The notes: a model not told the origin generated them from the sequence alone. Numbered from the stretch's first letter, positions 1-12,932 are shown. The stretch: DNA of 63,751 nucleotides from Hydrolagus affinis (GCA_012026655.1 JAAILG010000209.1:62001-125751); one strand, 5' to 3'. A program made the numbers and translations.

Positions 1-1363
1 GCGCCCACCTCCTCCCACTCTCTCTTCGAACCCCTCCAGTCCAGTTTCCGCCCTGCCCTCAGTACAGAGACTGCGCTTGTGAAAATCACAAACGATGTCC
101 TCTCTATCTGCAACCAGGGCTCCCTCTGCCTCCTTATCCTCCTGGATCTGTCTGCTGAGTTCAACACAGTCGACCACACCATCCTCCTCCACCGCCTGTC
201 CTCCGTCATCCATCTCAGTGGGACTGCACTCACCCTGGTTCGAGTCCTACCTCACAAACCACCAGCAGTACATCTCCACAAACAGCTTTTCCTCCCGCTC
301 TTACCCAGTTACCTGTGGGGTACCCCAGGAATCCATCCTTGGCCCCCTCCTCTTCCTCATCTATACGCTCCCTCTTGGGGATGTCATCCGCAGACATGGG
401 GCACACTTCCACATGTACACGGATGACACCCAACTCTATTTCTCCACTTCACTTTGCAACCCCCAGTCCCCTGATGTTCTGTCAGCCTATCTGTCAGATA
501 TCAGGAGCTGGATGAGCGCAAATTTCTTGCAGCTGAATGTTGACAAGATGGAGGCCATACTCTTTGGCTCTCGTCAACGTCTCCATTGACATGGCTCTCA
601 CCTCCTCCACCTTCCCGGCCTGCCCCTAAAACGCTCCGAACCTGTGCGCAACCTTGGCATCAGGTTCGACCCCCAACTGTCCTTCCTCCCTCACATCCGG
701 TCCCTCACCAGCACCACCTTCTTCCACCTCCGACAGATCCCCGGCTCCGGCAATACCTCACCCCAAAAGCTGCTGAAACCCTGGTCCATGCCTTTGTCAC
801 CTCTTGGCTGGACTATTCCAATGCCCTCCTCGCCGGTCTCCCCTCCACCACAATCCATAAAATCCAACTCATTCAAAACTCTACCGCCCACATACTCACC
901 CGCACCAAGCTTTGCTCCCCCATTACCCCAGTCCTTGCCAGAGTTCACTGGCTCCCCATCCCAGAGAGGATCAACTTCAAGATCCTCACCCTTGTTTTCA
1001 AATCCCGACACTCCTCTGCACCCCCCCTACCTCTCTGACCTCCTCTATCCTCAAACAAGTTCCCATTGCCTTTGCTCCACTGGGTCTGACCTCCTCCATG
1101 TCCACCGAATCCTCTGTTCCACCCTCGGCGGCCGTGCCTTCAGCCACTATGCCCCAAGGCTCTGGAATTCCCTTCCTCACTACCTTCACCTTGCCCCCTC
1201 TTTTCTCAGTTTCAGGTCCCAGCTGAAGACCTTTCTCTTCGACCGCGCCTTTGGTCACCTTTCTACCCCCGCCCCTGGCTCGGTCCCGGGATCCGCTATT
1301 GTGAAGCGCTCTGAGACGCCGTCCAGCGTGGAGGGCGCTATATAAATCGAAGTTATTGTTGTT
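1..1363 (+). mobile_element. L2-clade LINE, 3' portion (frameshifted RT domain, C-terminus and 3' tail)
   Basis: Overlapping frames give [83 protein letters not shown] and GGRAFSHYAPRLWNSLP. The tail is GTGAAGCGCTCTGAGACG...GGGCGCTATATAAATCGAAGTTATTGTTGTT. Confidence 0.95.
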
Positions 1364-2018
1364 TAATTGGGAAGTCAACATAACAACAAGCTAACAGATG
1401 TCTAAGCAAAATTATTTGGACAATTGTTATTTGTTCATTTAATATTGTGCTCAAGACAAATTTATAATTTAAAAATAGAACGTATCTAAGAGCATAAATT
1501 TATACTCTTCTAGATATTTCCACAAGTCGACTTTTATTTGTTTCTAAAAGTAAATTTGTCAGTGTAGATTGCTAAAACTATTTCACAGCTGTATGGTATA
1601 TACAAATATCCAAGACCATGGAATTTTGGCAACGTATTTCACTGAAAAGAAAACATAACTGTTATGAGATATCACGGTCCATCAGTTAGTTGAAGTGTAT
1701 GAACACATGAATTACTTTAATGAAGTAAATAAGAAAGGACCTGAATTGTTCCTGGGCACATTGGCACCCTGCTATTTTTTTCACAACTATTGTTAATGGG
1801 TTTGGGGATAGGCACAGCTACAAATGGAGTGCGAGCATTCGTTCGGCACTGTTAGGAGCACATCAACACTACTATTGAAGGTTATGGAATGGGTCATTCA
1901 TCTCATGAGTATGAAACCTTGATGGTACAACTGGCTGCTGTCTCTGGGGTTCCCCCAAACACAAAAGTTGGACAATGACTACACTATATTTACCTGTTTC
2001 AGTGGAAAGAAATAAACA

Positions 2019-2308
2019 TGATATAGCACCTTTTCACGTCTTCAAGACGTCTCAAAGTGTTTCATAGAATATACTGTAAAGTGAATTGACTGTATATTTT
2101 GTGGGCGAAGCGTGATAGGCAATTACACACAGCAGCGTGCCACAAACAGTCGTGGGTTGAAGTGACCAATTTTTTTTTGTGGAGGGATTACTATCAGGCG
2201 TGTGGAGGAAGGAAACTTCCCCAAGGTTTTGTACTAACCTGCCTGGAATCGAACCCGGGTCTCTCCCTTGCAAAGCAACTGCTCTAACTCCTGAGCTACA
2301 GAGCTCCA
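2019..2308 (-). mobile_element. Young tRNA-derived Deu-domain SINE (chimaera SINE2-1_CM/EshSINE-like), near full length
   Basis: Minus strand shows a tRNA-like head (A box TAGCTCAGGAG, B box GGTTCGATTCC), the Deu segment CCACGACTGTTTGTGG..GCTGTGTGTAATTG and an L2-like tail. Same layout as the other copies in the window. Confidence 0.9.
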
Positions 2309-3544
2309 CAACAGCAACAAACAAAGCAAACAACAACTTGCACCTTTCTCATGGATAGTTGAGCATTGAGGAATGGCGCAATTTGATGCTGTGCCAGGGA
2401 GAAAGAAGAAAGTGCTTTAATGTGTGATAGAATGAAAATTGCAATGTGTTTCTTAATTGTAGCAAATGCTAATAGGTTAAAATCACTGAGTAGTTCACCC
2501 ATTAAATCCATCAGTCAGATAAGATTAACAAATCTTGAATATAATGTATACCAAATGTACAGTATGTTTCAGAACTTTTATCTGACATTTAGAATACAAG
2601 TAGAGCTTATATAATGACTTCCGCCTCATGTTGGATGAATGTCTCAAAACACTTAACACAACAAAAAAAAGTATTGTGATGATAAATAGCCTTCAATCTG
2701 ATGACTGCTCAAAACTGCTCTTGCAGCAAAAAGTCAAGAAGACAGAAAGTCTTCGAATCAGTTTATGTAAATCATAATTTAAAAATATATCCTCAAATGA
2801 AAGGATTCCAAAGTCCAAACTTTCCAATTTGCAAAATCCTTTGGTAAAACGATAGCAGCAAAGAGCTATGTACCCTGCACACTACATTTTGAACGCTATG
2901 GAAATGGTTACAGTAAAAGCATTCAATCAGCTTAATGCCAATGCAAGCTTTCCTTTAAATCTCTTAAGTGATGCTAAAATATATTAATCTCTATTTTGAC
3001 AATCATCTTAAGTGTTCTGCAATCTAAATAATTGAGTTGCAAGTGCTTCCATTTCCCAATGTTTTATATAAAGCACACTCAATGTAGGGCACCCATGTAA
3101 AAATAAATGAATGCGATTGATTCTCCGATTGTTGGTAAATTTTCTGACCTTGGTGGGCGAGCACATTGGGTTCCCCTCTGGGCAATAGATTCATTGACAT
3201 TGGCGGTATGAGATTATAATGGAACTAGTGTGAAGTACCAGCAGTTCCAAGTTATACCAAGAGGCCATTGTGGGCTTTCGTGGAGGCCATTGTGTTCATG
3301 CTCAGAATGCATAGATAAAGTACAATATACGTGTGCCCGTATATCCACTGTGATTTCTTCTGAGTTATAACAAAAAGAATACCAACAAAATTATATTAGT
3401 ATAGCGCCTTTCACGTCGGGAGAACATCCCAAGATGTTGGAGCTTGTATAAGAGCTGTCAGCAGTTATTTTATTTGGTCTGAAATTATTGGTAAGAAACC
3501 CACCTAAGCTTTTGCGGGAAAAACAAAATAAAAAATCTGAGAAC

Positions 3545-3680
3545 ATAATAATAGTAATAATAATCCTTGCATTTGATATAGTGCCATATAAAATATTCTA
3601 GATGTCTCAAGCACTTAACGGAAAGTGAATTGATTGTATAATGTGGAGTCCTGTAGCTCAGCGGTTAGAGCACTCGCCTT
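3545..3680. mobile_element. SINE 3' tail (minus, 3545-3640) joined to a SINE tRNA head fragment (plus, 3644-3680)
   Basis: (AAT)n-CCTTGCATTTGATATAG..GTGAATTGATTGTATA is followed directly by TGGAGTCCTGTAGCTCAGCGGTTAGAGCACTCGCCTT. Confidence 0.8.
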
Positions 3681-4460
3681 GATTCTGTCTCAACCACTGC
3701 TCCTGGCAGGGCAATCCATCTCCAAACCATTCATTTCTCCTAAGCTTCCCTAGTTTTCCAGCTATCTTAAATTGATGCTGTGCAATTAATATTATGATTC
3801 AGTTTCCAGACAGGAATGAAGAACATTGTCACTTGGCACCGGTCCCAAATGTGCATCATAACGAAGAAAATATTCTCTACTGAAACAAGAAAAAGCACCC
3901 ATAAGAACCAGAGTAAAGCATTTGTACCTCTGCATTTGGAGTTAACTCCTGGGCCAACATAATCTGTTCTGGTGAAGCAATAAATGATCATCCATCACTA
4001 GTAATTTCTATTTAACAAGGTGCAGTGCATTGTCAAGGATTCGGTTCATCAGCTGTAATTCCTGTGTTTTCAGAGGACAGAAAGGGAATGCGGTGAAATG
4101 TGTAGAGCACCAATCAAAGGTAAAAGAGGCAGAGGGCACCCGGGTGAATCTTAATGAAAAGACAAGTCACAGAGACAATTCACAGCATGTTACTGGTGCA
4201 GTAAAATGAATTCTCTTTGCCAAATAAATCAATAGTCATTGTAGCATCCTTCCTGTTACACAGCAATTTGTCTTTGAAGCTGAACACTGTCACTTCTCAT
4301 ATGGTTCAGGAAACACTTCTCTTTGCTGGAGTGAGTTCTACTCTACCAGTAAAGATATATAGGCAGAATGCAAGACTTGTAAGATTGGAAGAACATTAGT
4401 CCTATGGTTCACATTTGGTTCTGCTTGTCCTGAACACTATTACCCTTCTCATACTACCTC

Positions 4461-4608
4461 GATAGCTATTTGCTAGGTCAGAGTATTAAGGGATATGGGG
4501 CAAGGGTGGATAATTGGACTTGAGGTACAGATCAGCCATGATCTTACAGAATGGCGGAACAGGTTAAAGGGGCTGAATGGCCTATTCCCGTTTCCATATT
4601 TCTATGTT
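4461..4608 (+). mobile_element. CR1-clade LINE 3' end (HER1/HE1-like tail)
   Basis: GATCAGCCATGATCTTACAGAATGGCGGAACAGG..GGGCTGAATGGCCTATTCC..TTCTATGTT is the typical chondrichthyan CR1 tail. A second copy lies at 24498-24624. Confidence 0.8.
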
Positions 4609-5099
4609 ACCACCAGCCCACAAACCTTGGTATCATCAGCAAAGATTAGAATACAACCATCCTAATTATGCTTACATTTGATAGAGCGCCTTATCACATC
4701 AAGATGGCAGGAAAGCATTTCACAGGATTTTGCTGTAAAGTGTCATTAGAATTTTGAGAAATAGTAATTTCTATACTTAGTACAGGACTTGGATTTGGTG
4801 GAGTCACCAGGTTGTGTCAATGTGCTTCACAGATTATACTGTGGAGTGTCTGTGTGTTCTGCTCTGCACTGCCTGTTCCAAATGTACTAATGATGGTGAG
4901 TAATTTGTGATAACACCTGGAGGAGATGGTTTTGGATGCAGTATAATTCGCACCCATTGCAGCATAAATTCAGTGGTGTAAATTGAGCCATACTCACACA
5001 CCCGCTTATTCCATTGAACTGCTCCTGAATATTCAAAAGAATTGTTTTTAATGTTAGTACAGCTAGGGCATCAATTAAAGAGAGTTAGTAAACAAACAA

Positions 5100-5363
5100 A
5101 TGGGAGGTTAGGAGATTTTTCTTCGCAGACACAGAATAGTTAGGATATGGAATGCACTGCTGGGAATGGTAGTTGAGGCAAAATCCAAATTGGCTTCAAG
5201 AGGGATCTCATCAGACACGTTAAAAAGAATCAGCTAGAGGGAAACAGGCAGGTAAATGGGACTGAAAGGATCACTATCGAGGGAGTTAGCACAGGCACAA
5301 TAATAATAATAATAATAATGGGCTGAATGAATGGCTTTCTTCTGTATAAATTTCTATAATTCT
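5100..5363 (+). mobile_element. CR1-clade LINE 3' end (second tail type)
   Basis: Degenerate C-terminal coding motif (RRFFF..QRIVRIWNAL.GMVVEA) followed by GCACAGGCAC..ATGGGCTGAATG..TTTCTATAATTCTA. Confidence 0.75.
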
Positions 5364-7047
5364 AGGGTTCAAAGGCAACTTTGTAGGACTTTAAAAAAAA
5401 AAGCAAATATCATAAATTTATCTAAATTCATCTTGCAGGTATCAGTTTAGCTTTTCATCCCAGAGTCCCACTGAGGTAAAGGAAATCACTGGAGTTATGG
5501 CTGCTAATTGCAAGAGACTGTGACTAACAGTAATGATGCCTGAGGCAAAGAGGCCACTACAAATGATTGTTCTCTGTTATCACAGTTTTTTTTATTTTAA
5601 AAAAAAGTAAATGGAAAATGTCAAAGATTTGTGATGGTGAAGGTTGGGGGAGATGCCGGGAATGAACTGCAATCATAAGTAACACACGTCGCACAATCCT
5701 TATAATAACAGCCATTCTAAATCAATGATGCTCCTTAGTGCTTTGCTAGACACGCACACAATACTCTTCAGACTCCGGGAGAGAATTCCAACAGTTGTTA
5801 AATAGCAAAGCAACGCAGGGGCTGGAGTGAAAGGAACTGACAAATGTGTATTGTTTCTTTCCCTTCAGAGAACGGAGCAGTAGCAGAAATCGTGTGCAAA
5901 ATAAGTTGTTGCTTTTCCAAGAGATTAATTTTCTCAAGACAAAAACTGCACAAAAATTGTGCTTTATTTCAAAGCAAAACGTTTTCTTGCTGGAGTTTTT
6001 TTAATGAAAATATTTGGAGCCTTATTTCAAGTATTAGATGTGGACTTGTGCCACAACACATGCAGCTACTTCTAAACACGTGATTCTTTTGTCCATTTGT
6101 CTGGGTTAATATCGAGCTACTCGGCTTGATGTCTCATACTCTGTAACTGAACCACGCTCCCAAGAATTCAAAGCCATACTCTTACATTCCATTAGATAGT
6201 TTTCTCCTCATCAATAAAATCCTGGTGCATTTGATAATGTACAATATTTACAAAAACAAATTTTGTACGAGATACATCTTGTGCCTGATCCAACTTGATT
6301 GGTAATCAAAAGTGTCGATCTATTTCCATATATTTAATTAACTCTAAACTCTGTCAAAATGTTGCAAGGTCCATTAATGAACCTATTACATTGACACCTT
6401 TTTGGCAATAAACAATCGGACTGTAGATAATGAATTGCATTTGCTCTATTCCAGGTTCATGAAAAGATGAGGAGATACATTCACAATTTCAATCAATGAG
6501 CTCTTTCTCACTTTACGGTGCTCGAAATGGAGTCTAGTATTGTACCCAAGATCAGTGACAATGCCTGGAAACACGTTACACTCAATTCTATTTGAGTTAC
6601 TTGTGGCAACATTTTAACATAGCAAAGCAAGAACAGCTTGTGCTGGTGCAAAACATTTGATTCATTTGGCATTACTAACAATAGTATTCGCACAGATGAC
6701 TTAACTGCATTAATTTCTGATATTATCTTGTAGCAGTGATACAACTGAGTGCCAGGAAGGGAATTGTTCTATGCAAAATACACTAATCATAACAAATACA
6801 AGCACTTGTTTCAAATTTGAAGGATTATCCAATGTGAAACATTAAAGAGTGGCCATATGCTCATGCAAAGAACATAAATCATTCTCAAGGATATCTATCT
6901 AATAAAATATGTTCACCTGCCCATCATTGTAATGGACATACTACTGTACTGCTTATAGACGAATCGATAGCTTCAGTACTGAAGCTAATTGTTGAACTAA
7001 ATTTAAAGATTAAAGTTTAATTGAAATGAAACTAAAAACATAATTTA

Positions 7048-7195
7048 GTCACTCGATCCATGATGGTGGGACACTGCTATGCCCAACTGACTGCTGTGTT
7101 TCACCTACAAAATACAGTCAATTAACTTTGCAGTGTATTCTGTGAGATATCTCGAAGACATGATAAGGCATGATTCTTCTTCATATTATTATCAT
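7048..7195 (+). mobile_element. Diverged SINE 3' half (Deu segment plus tail)
   Basis: GTGGGACACTGCTATG..CAAAATACAGTCAATTAACTTTGCAGTGTATTCTGTGA matches the SINE 3' region. Confidence 0.7.
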
Positions 7196-7551
7196 CACGA
7201 GCCATACTCATTCAATTCCAACTTAAATAGTAATAATAAAACCTATCACATAAAAGCATAGGATTGTTCCATAACTATTTTCAATGTATTCCTTCATTTT
7301 ATTGTGAATTGATTGATTTTAATTTGCTTTTGAATCAGAATTATATATTCAATGATCGTGCCTCAAAGGCTGTGGAGGTGAAGCACATAGGAAAATACAG
7401 CCCAGAAAACCATATCCACTACTTTCAGTGGAGAAAATGATTGAATAGTTCATTCCTCAAACCAAAAGGTTTTGATTAGTAAAATGCCAAACTGATGGAA
7501 AAGCATTTGTATGCCTGGAGTCCACTGGGTTGGGAGACTTTTTTTCTTTTT

Positions 7552-7675
7552 AAGCATTTTCAGACTGAACAGGTTTTTGGAAAATTCATTAAAGACTCCC
7601 TCTTGATTTTGAAGCATTTTCAGACTGAACAGGTTTTTGGAAAATTCATTAAAAACTCCCTCTTGATTTTGAAGC
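7552..7675. repeat. 60-bp tandem duplication (2 copies plus 4 bp)
   Basis: 7552-7611 and 7612-7671 are identical except for one G/A substitution. Confidence 0.95.
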
Positions 7676-7940
7676 CAATCTTGTGAGAACTACAGAAATC
7701 AAACCACCCAGATTGACTGAATTTGCCAAATCCGCATGTTCTGATTCATGTTAAACAGGTGCTTTAGTCCAGAACCATGAGAGAAACTAGCTCATACTAG
7801 TTCCTAAAGCTTCATCAAGAACAACAACAAAATGACAGAGATGTCGAAACACCAAAATGTATGTAGACATGCATGTGTCCGGTGCACATCTGAACGCAGC
7901 AAGTGACATTATCAGGGTGTGGGCGTGCGCTCATATGGTT

Positions 7941-8221
7941 ATGATAATAATCCTTGCATTTGATATAGCGCTTTTCAAATCTTCTAGATGTCTCAAAGTG
8001 CTTCACAGAATATACTGTAAAGCAAATTGACTATATTTATGGGTACCCCACAAACCGTCGTGGATCGAGTGACCAAATGATTATTTTTATCTTTTTTCTG
8101 GAGGGATTATTATCAGGCATGTGTAGTAAGGAAACTTGCCCCAGGGTTTCGCCCTGCCAGGAATCGAACCCGGGTCTGTCATTGTGAGGCAAGTGCTCTA
8201 ACCACTGAGCTACAGGCTCCA
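7941..8221 (-). mobile_element. Young tRNA-derived Deu SINE, near full length
   Basis: Head GGAGCCTGTAGCTCAGTGGTTAGAGCAC, B box GGTTCGATTCC, tail ..AAGCGCTATATCAAATGCAAGGATTATTAT on the minus strand. Confidence 0.9.
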
Positions 8222-9619
8222 AAAGTCCTGAATGAAACATTGACTCAAATCAAAAGTAAAATATTCATCTCCTAATGAAATTAAGGATGGATAATCTAAT
8301 CAAATGCAACTGCACACCAGACTGCTCAGTTACTTAAATCTTAAGAGTAATTGAATTGTCCTGATATGTTATTGACGCATCCCAGTGTACTCACAAAATG
8401 AGGAAATGAAAGGCTCAGTTGGCTTTGTTTTGAACAATTCATTTCACTTCCATTACAATTAAACTTCAATGCATTGCCTTTTACAAATCCTCTTAACTCC
8501 ATGTTGTGCTCAACTGTTTGTGCACAGATATAAAACGTAACTGATGCCGACTGAAATGAATGATGGACAGATGCTATTTAAGATATTAAAGCATGTATAA
8601 AGAGGGATTAGTTTAATCCACATTTAGAAGAAGATTATGCAGCATCTTGTAAACGCTGCCACATCCATCATAGGCACCTTTGACTTATTGAGCAACGATG
8701 TCTGAAAGGGAATTGTTTTACTGAATGTAAAGTGATGTCTACTGATACAAATAGATTTTTTTATTCAATAAAATGTTTGTCTTACCAAATTGATCAATCA
8801 CATTTTTTTTGCAAAATATAGAAATGGGTGTCAAAGAATTTAGGGAATGTTTTCTCTCTGATATAAATTGGGAACATACACATACAGATTTGGGTAAAAT
8901 GCATCAATAAAGCAATGGCGACACATGGAAAATGGATTTTCTATTACTGTACCTTCCTTGTCAAATCGCAAGGTGTGAATGTTGTGGAATATTATGTCTC
9001 ATTTTATGCGAGAGAAAAACTTGGGAGTGACATTTTATACTGCAACCTCTTGTGTGCTCCACCGCCTGCAGACATTGCTCAAAATGATTTTCATTTAAAG
9101 CTGAAAATACTGTGTCTCAAAAGTAAGCCAATATTTCCTAATTGTATTAATGTAATCATTCAGATATAGCATACAATAATGAATGCCGCTAACTACAATA
9201 TTTACCAACCATCTGATGACATTTTACATTACATTCATGTAAAAAATATTAGCAGCCGTGTGTAACAGAAGCAATTACCCAGGGAGCTTTTTATACATTG
9301 GATGAGATTAGTTCAATTAGTTTGCTCTCAGTGTCCATGAACAATTCTCTCCACTATATTTGTACCTTTAAAAAATGGCCTGAATGGGTTCATGAATCCA
9401 GTATATAGAGGGAGCAAAACAACATTTTTCAAAACTGAAATAATTAGTTCAACATTTGTTATTTTTTTTTAAAAATGCTTCTTCATTAGTTTATTTCAGA
9501 AATAGTTCAAACCTCGGCTGCCATTGGGAAAAGTTGTGTGTGTTTACTACTTGCTACATATCTTCAAATAATTATATGAAACATTTTACAAATAGTAAAT
9601 TGAACAACACAGTTCCTGG

Positions 9620-9730
9620 AACAACAACAACAAAATTACATTCACAGAGCGCCTTTCACGTCAGGAGGACACCCCAAGGCGCTGAACAGTCAGGTGGGAA
9701 GGCCATTCAGCCCATCAAGTCTGTGCCAAA
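9620..9730 (-). mobile_element. L2 3' tail followed by a short CR1 tail fragment
   Basis: ACAACAACAACAAAATTACATT..GCGCCTTTCACGTCAGGAGGACACCCCAAGGCGCTG is the reverse complement of the L2 tail at 18422-18486. It is followed by GGCCATTCAGCCCATC (CR1 tail, reverse). Confidence 0.75.
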
Positions 9731-11917
9731 CATAACTCCTTGTGGGAATTGTATGGATATCAGCTAAACTTTTCTTTCTACCTCTTAAGTTTCTCTCATT
9801 TTCACCATCCGATTTCATATGTAAGAATTATAATAATTATTATATTATGTGTTCTTTAGGAGGTGAGCTAGACAACATCAGTTTTTCTCCTCCCTGTGCC
9901 CTGTTGTGCCTTGCTTCTGTGCAGTGCTCCATCTAGCAACCTAGTGAAGAGCAGACAATATGCATTTCAGGGTACCCCCAATCCACCTTCCAATCCAAGA
10001 AAACACCCCAAACACCAACACCCCTTCCCCAAATCTGCTCATTCAAAATTGACGACTTCATTATTATTACCAGTCAGTTCAGCTAATGAGCCAAGGACCA
10101 GTATTTTCATTCAAAAAGGAAACTTCCATAGGAAAATAAATAGCTCTACAGATTCAACATGCAGCACAAATGATTTTTATTGCAATCAAAATAAGTGCTG
10201 TAAGTAAATCCAATCTATAAAGTGGCTGAAATCGCACACACACCCACAATACCGTGTTTTAGTGCTGATCACACAAAGGAACCTTGCTGAGCATGTTCTG
10301 TTAATTTGAGATTGAATTCAGTTTACATTAGTGCAGAATCCCCCCCAAAAAAAGTCATTTATCAGCCTTCCTCAGCCCTGGTTCGCAAAACATTGGGTAT
10401 AAATGGAAAAGCAATCTCGCCCTTGCTGACTGCTGCCACTGTCTGGCAGGTTTTCAAAGTGTCATCTCCTCTTTTTGATTACATGAATGTCCCTTCCTCT
10501 GTCCACTCTAATGAAAATAATTATAGTCCTGGCACATTATGCAAATACAAAATATTTATGCATGCATTTGTGCACACTAAGAATGACCTGGATGGGTTTT
10601 GGATCCCTTCACTGTCATCAAGATCCCTCTAACCTAATGAAGCCTCTTTGAATTATTTGTTTTATCATCTAAATGTTACTTACACGGAATGTTACCTCAC
10701 ATAACCAGCTTTGTGCTGGCTTCTGTTCTATTTGATGTTTGATCATACGCTGTTGAGCGGTACTGGTGTTCAAGCGATCAGCAAATATCTTGAATTGGAG
10801 CAAGTATTATGCAGAACGGAATTAGGTCCTTGAAAATCTTAACGAGGCCCTGGTAAAAGCATGCAAGTTCACTGTTCTCATTTCTGGGAAGCAATTTAGA
10901 AACAGTTTTGCCGGAAGACAGTAATCTGTCCATTTGCGGCGGACTCACGATAACTTATTACTGATAAACGAGGATACGATTTGATGGACCCATCATCATT
11001 AATTCCATGACTGATCCACAATACAATTCCGTGAATCGTGCAGTACAAGGCTTTCCCCTTTCAAGGTGCTCTGCACACCGCCAGTATTTATGGTTCCATT
11101 TGAAATGTTGGTGATACTGAATAACAGGGTCACACATCCAAGCACAGTTGAAAGAATCAGAGTCTGAAGTGTCTTAAACTCCTCTTTTCTATTCCCCCAC
11201 CCCTATCTCTGACCCACACCCCACCCCACACTCCCATTTAATAATACATCAGCTGAGAGCTTGTCTCTTGTAACTGTGTCAAATGAGTAACTCAGTTGCT
11301 GTGTTTCCCTAGTTTTCTTTACAAGTTAAATAAGCCAACAATACCTAAGAAATGATGTCAGGGTACTAATTTTAAACAGATTAATAGAAAGCTTAAACCG
11401 CATCCCTGCGACTACCCCGCTGGTAACGATTAAAGCTGTTTTTGGCAGATTAGATTCAGTGATAAGTTCTGGCACCAATTCTTCTTGTCAAGAAAACTTT
11501 TATGAACCGGTGCCTGGAGTGTGAATGATCAGTCGAATTCAATGAACTCTTTAACTCTTTACAGTGAGCTGCAGACTGTGTAAAAGGGTCCACGTGTATC
11601 CCCGTTCAGCATTGGTTGCTTCAGCAATGAACCACCACAACAACAACAACAAAATCAATCTTGACTTGCAAAGTGCACCTGTTAATCAGTTGGTCCCATT
11701 CCACTAAACACAACGAAACAAAAGGAACTGCAAGTGATTCACTTGTACTGGTAACCACACACAATGACTGGCTGCACAAGGCAAGGTCTTAACTTTTTAA
11801 AAAAAAAACTATTAGAAACATCCAGCAGGAGTTTATTTGAGCCACAGGACAACATACTGTCTGCTATTTATGATGTAGTATAAAAAAAGACACGCCACTG
11901 GACTACACACAGAATAA

Positions 11918-12037
11918 GCCGATTCGCCCACAAATATATATATACAGTCAATTCACTTTACAGCATATTCTGTGAAGCTCTTTGGGACGTCGATAAGATG
12001 TGGAAAGCGCTATATCAAATGCAAGGATTACTATTAT
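11918..12037 (+). mobile_element. 5'-truncated young SINE (tail)
   Basis: GATTCGCCCACAAA..CAGTCAATTCACTTTACAG..GGGACGTCGATAAGATGTGGAAAGCGCTATATCAAATGCAAGGATTACTATT. Confidence 0.85.
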
Positions 12038-12932
12038 ATATCATTATAAGCCTGAACCAGAAGATGTACAGCATTAGAGAGGGAAATAGGATTTTTTTTC
12101 TCTCTCTGGAAGCTGTTTCAAAGCAAAGCGAATCTGATTTCCTGCGAGTTATTCCCGTGCCTACATACATCACCACCAGATGCTTTCCCAGTTTCTTTTC
12201 CCCGTGCTTTCCCCTCACAGCTCATCTGGTAATTGGGATGGAAAATAAATTGGTGTATTGGTTAAAGGTGCATTTATTCGGGTGGCTGCTGTGGACAGGC
12301 AGGCTGGCAGCCTGCTGCTGATTAAGAAATCAAAAGGGATTAAAGTGGGTGGTTTGGGGTGGAGGGGGGGGGGGGGAGATGAAGTGGAAAATAACAAGGA
12401 AGCTGCCTGTAAAACTAAGATGAGTTGCCGTGTAGTCGACAAAGACAGACAAACAGTTAAACACGACTCGCACTTTAGGGACTGGCAGACAGCTCCATTC
12501 AGGGCATGCTGGTGGTCGGTCTAAGGTGATTCGGAGAACTCAAGGAAGCATTGGGAGTGAAGCTTGATCTGCAGGGTTTCAAAGCAGTCCTAATTCACAC
12601 ACACACTCCGAGCCAATATTATTTGCCCCCATTTCACTCGGATTCCTCACGTAGTCAGTCAAGTCAGTCAGTCCACAGGATCATTTTATCGCAGCAATCT
12701 GTTGATTCATTCAAAGTCGTTGCAGTAATTACCAAACACATATTACAGTGAATTCATCAATCCTCAAACAGCTGACAAACGGTAGGAGTTGACAGCAGTG
12801 TGCTCATTACATCTCCCCCAACACACCCACATACACACACACACATGCACACACAAGTAAATCAATGTCACCACCACTGGGTTCCTCTTTTAGATTAAAC
12901 ACATCAAGCAATAGGTCAACCATGGAAGTTTA

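Noticed and set aside
79-1381. Long overlapping ORFs up to 233 aa (also 17446-18417, 30121-30471, 55839-56135)
   Set aside because: Frameshifted L2 ORF2 remnants and their alternate or antisense frames; not host genes and no intact RT.
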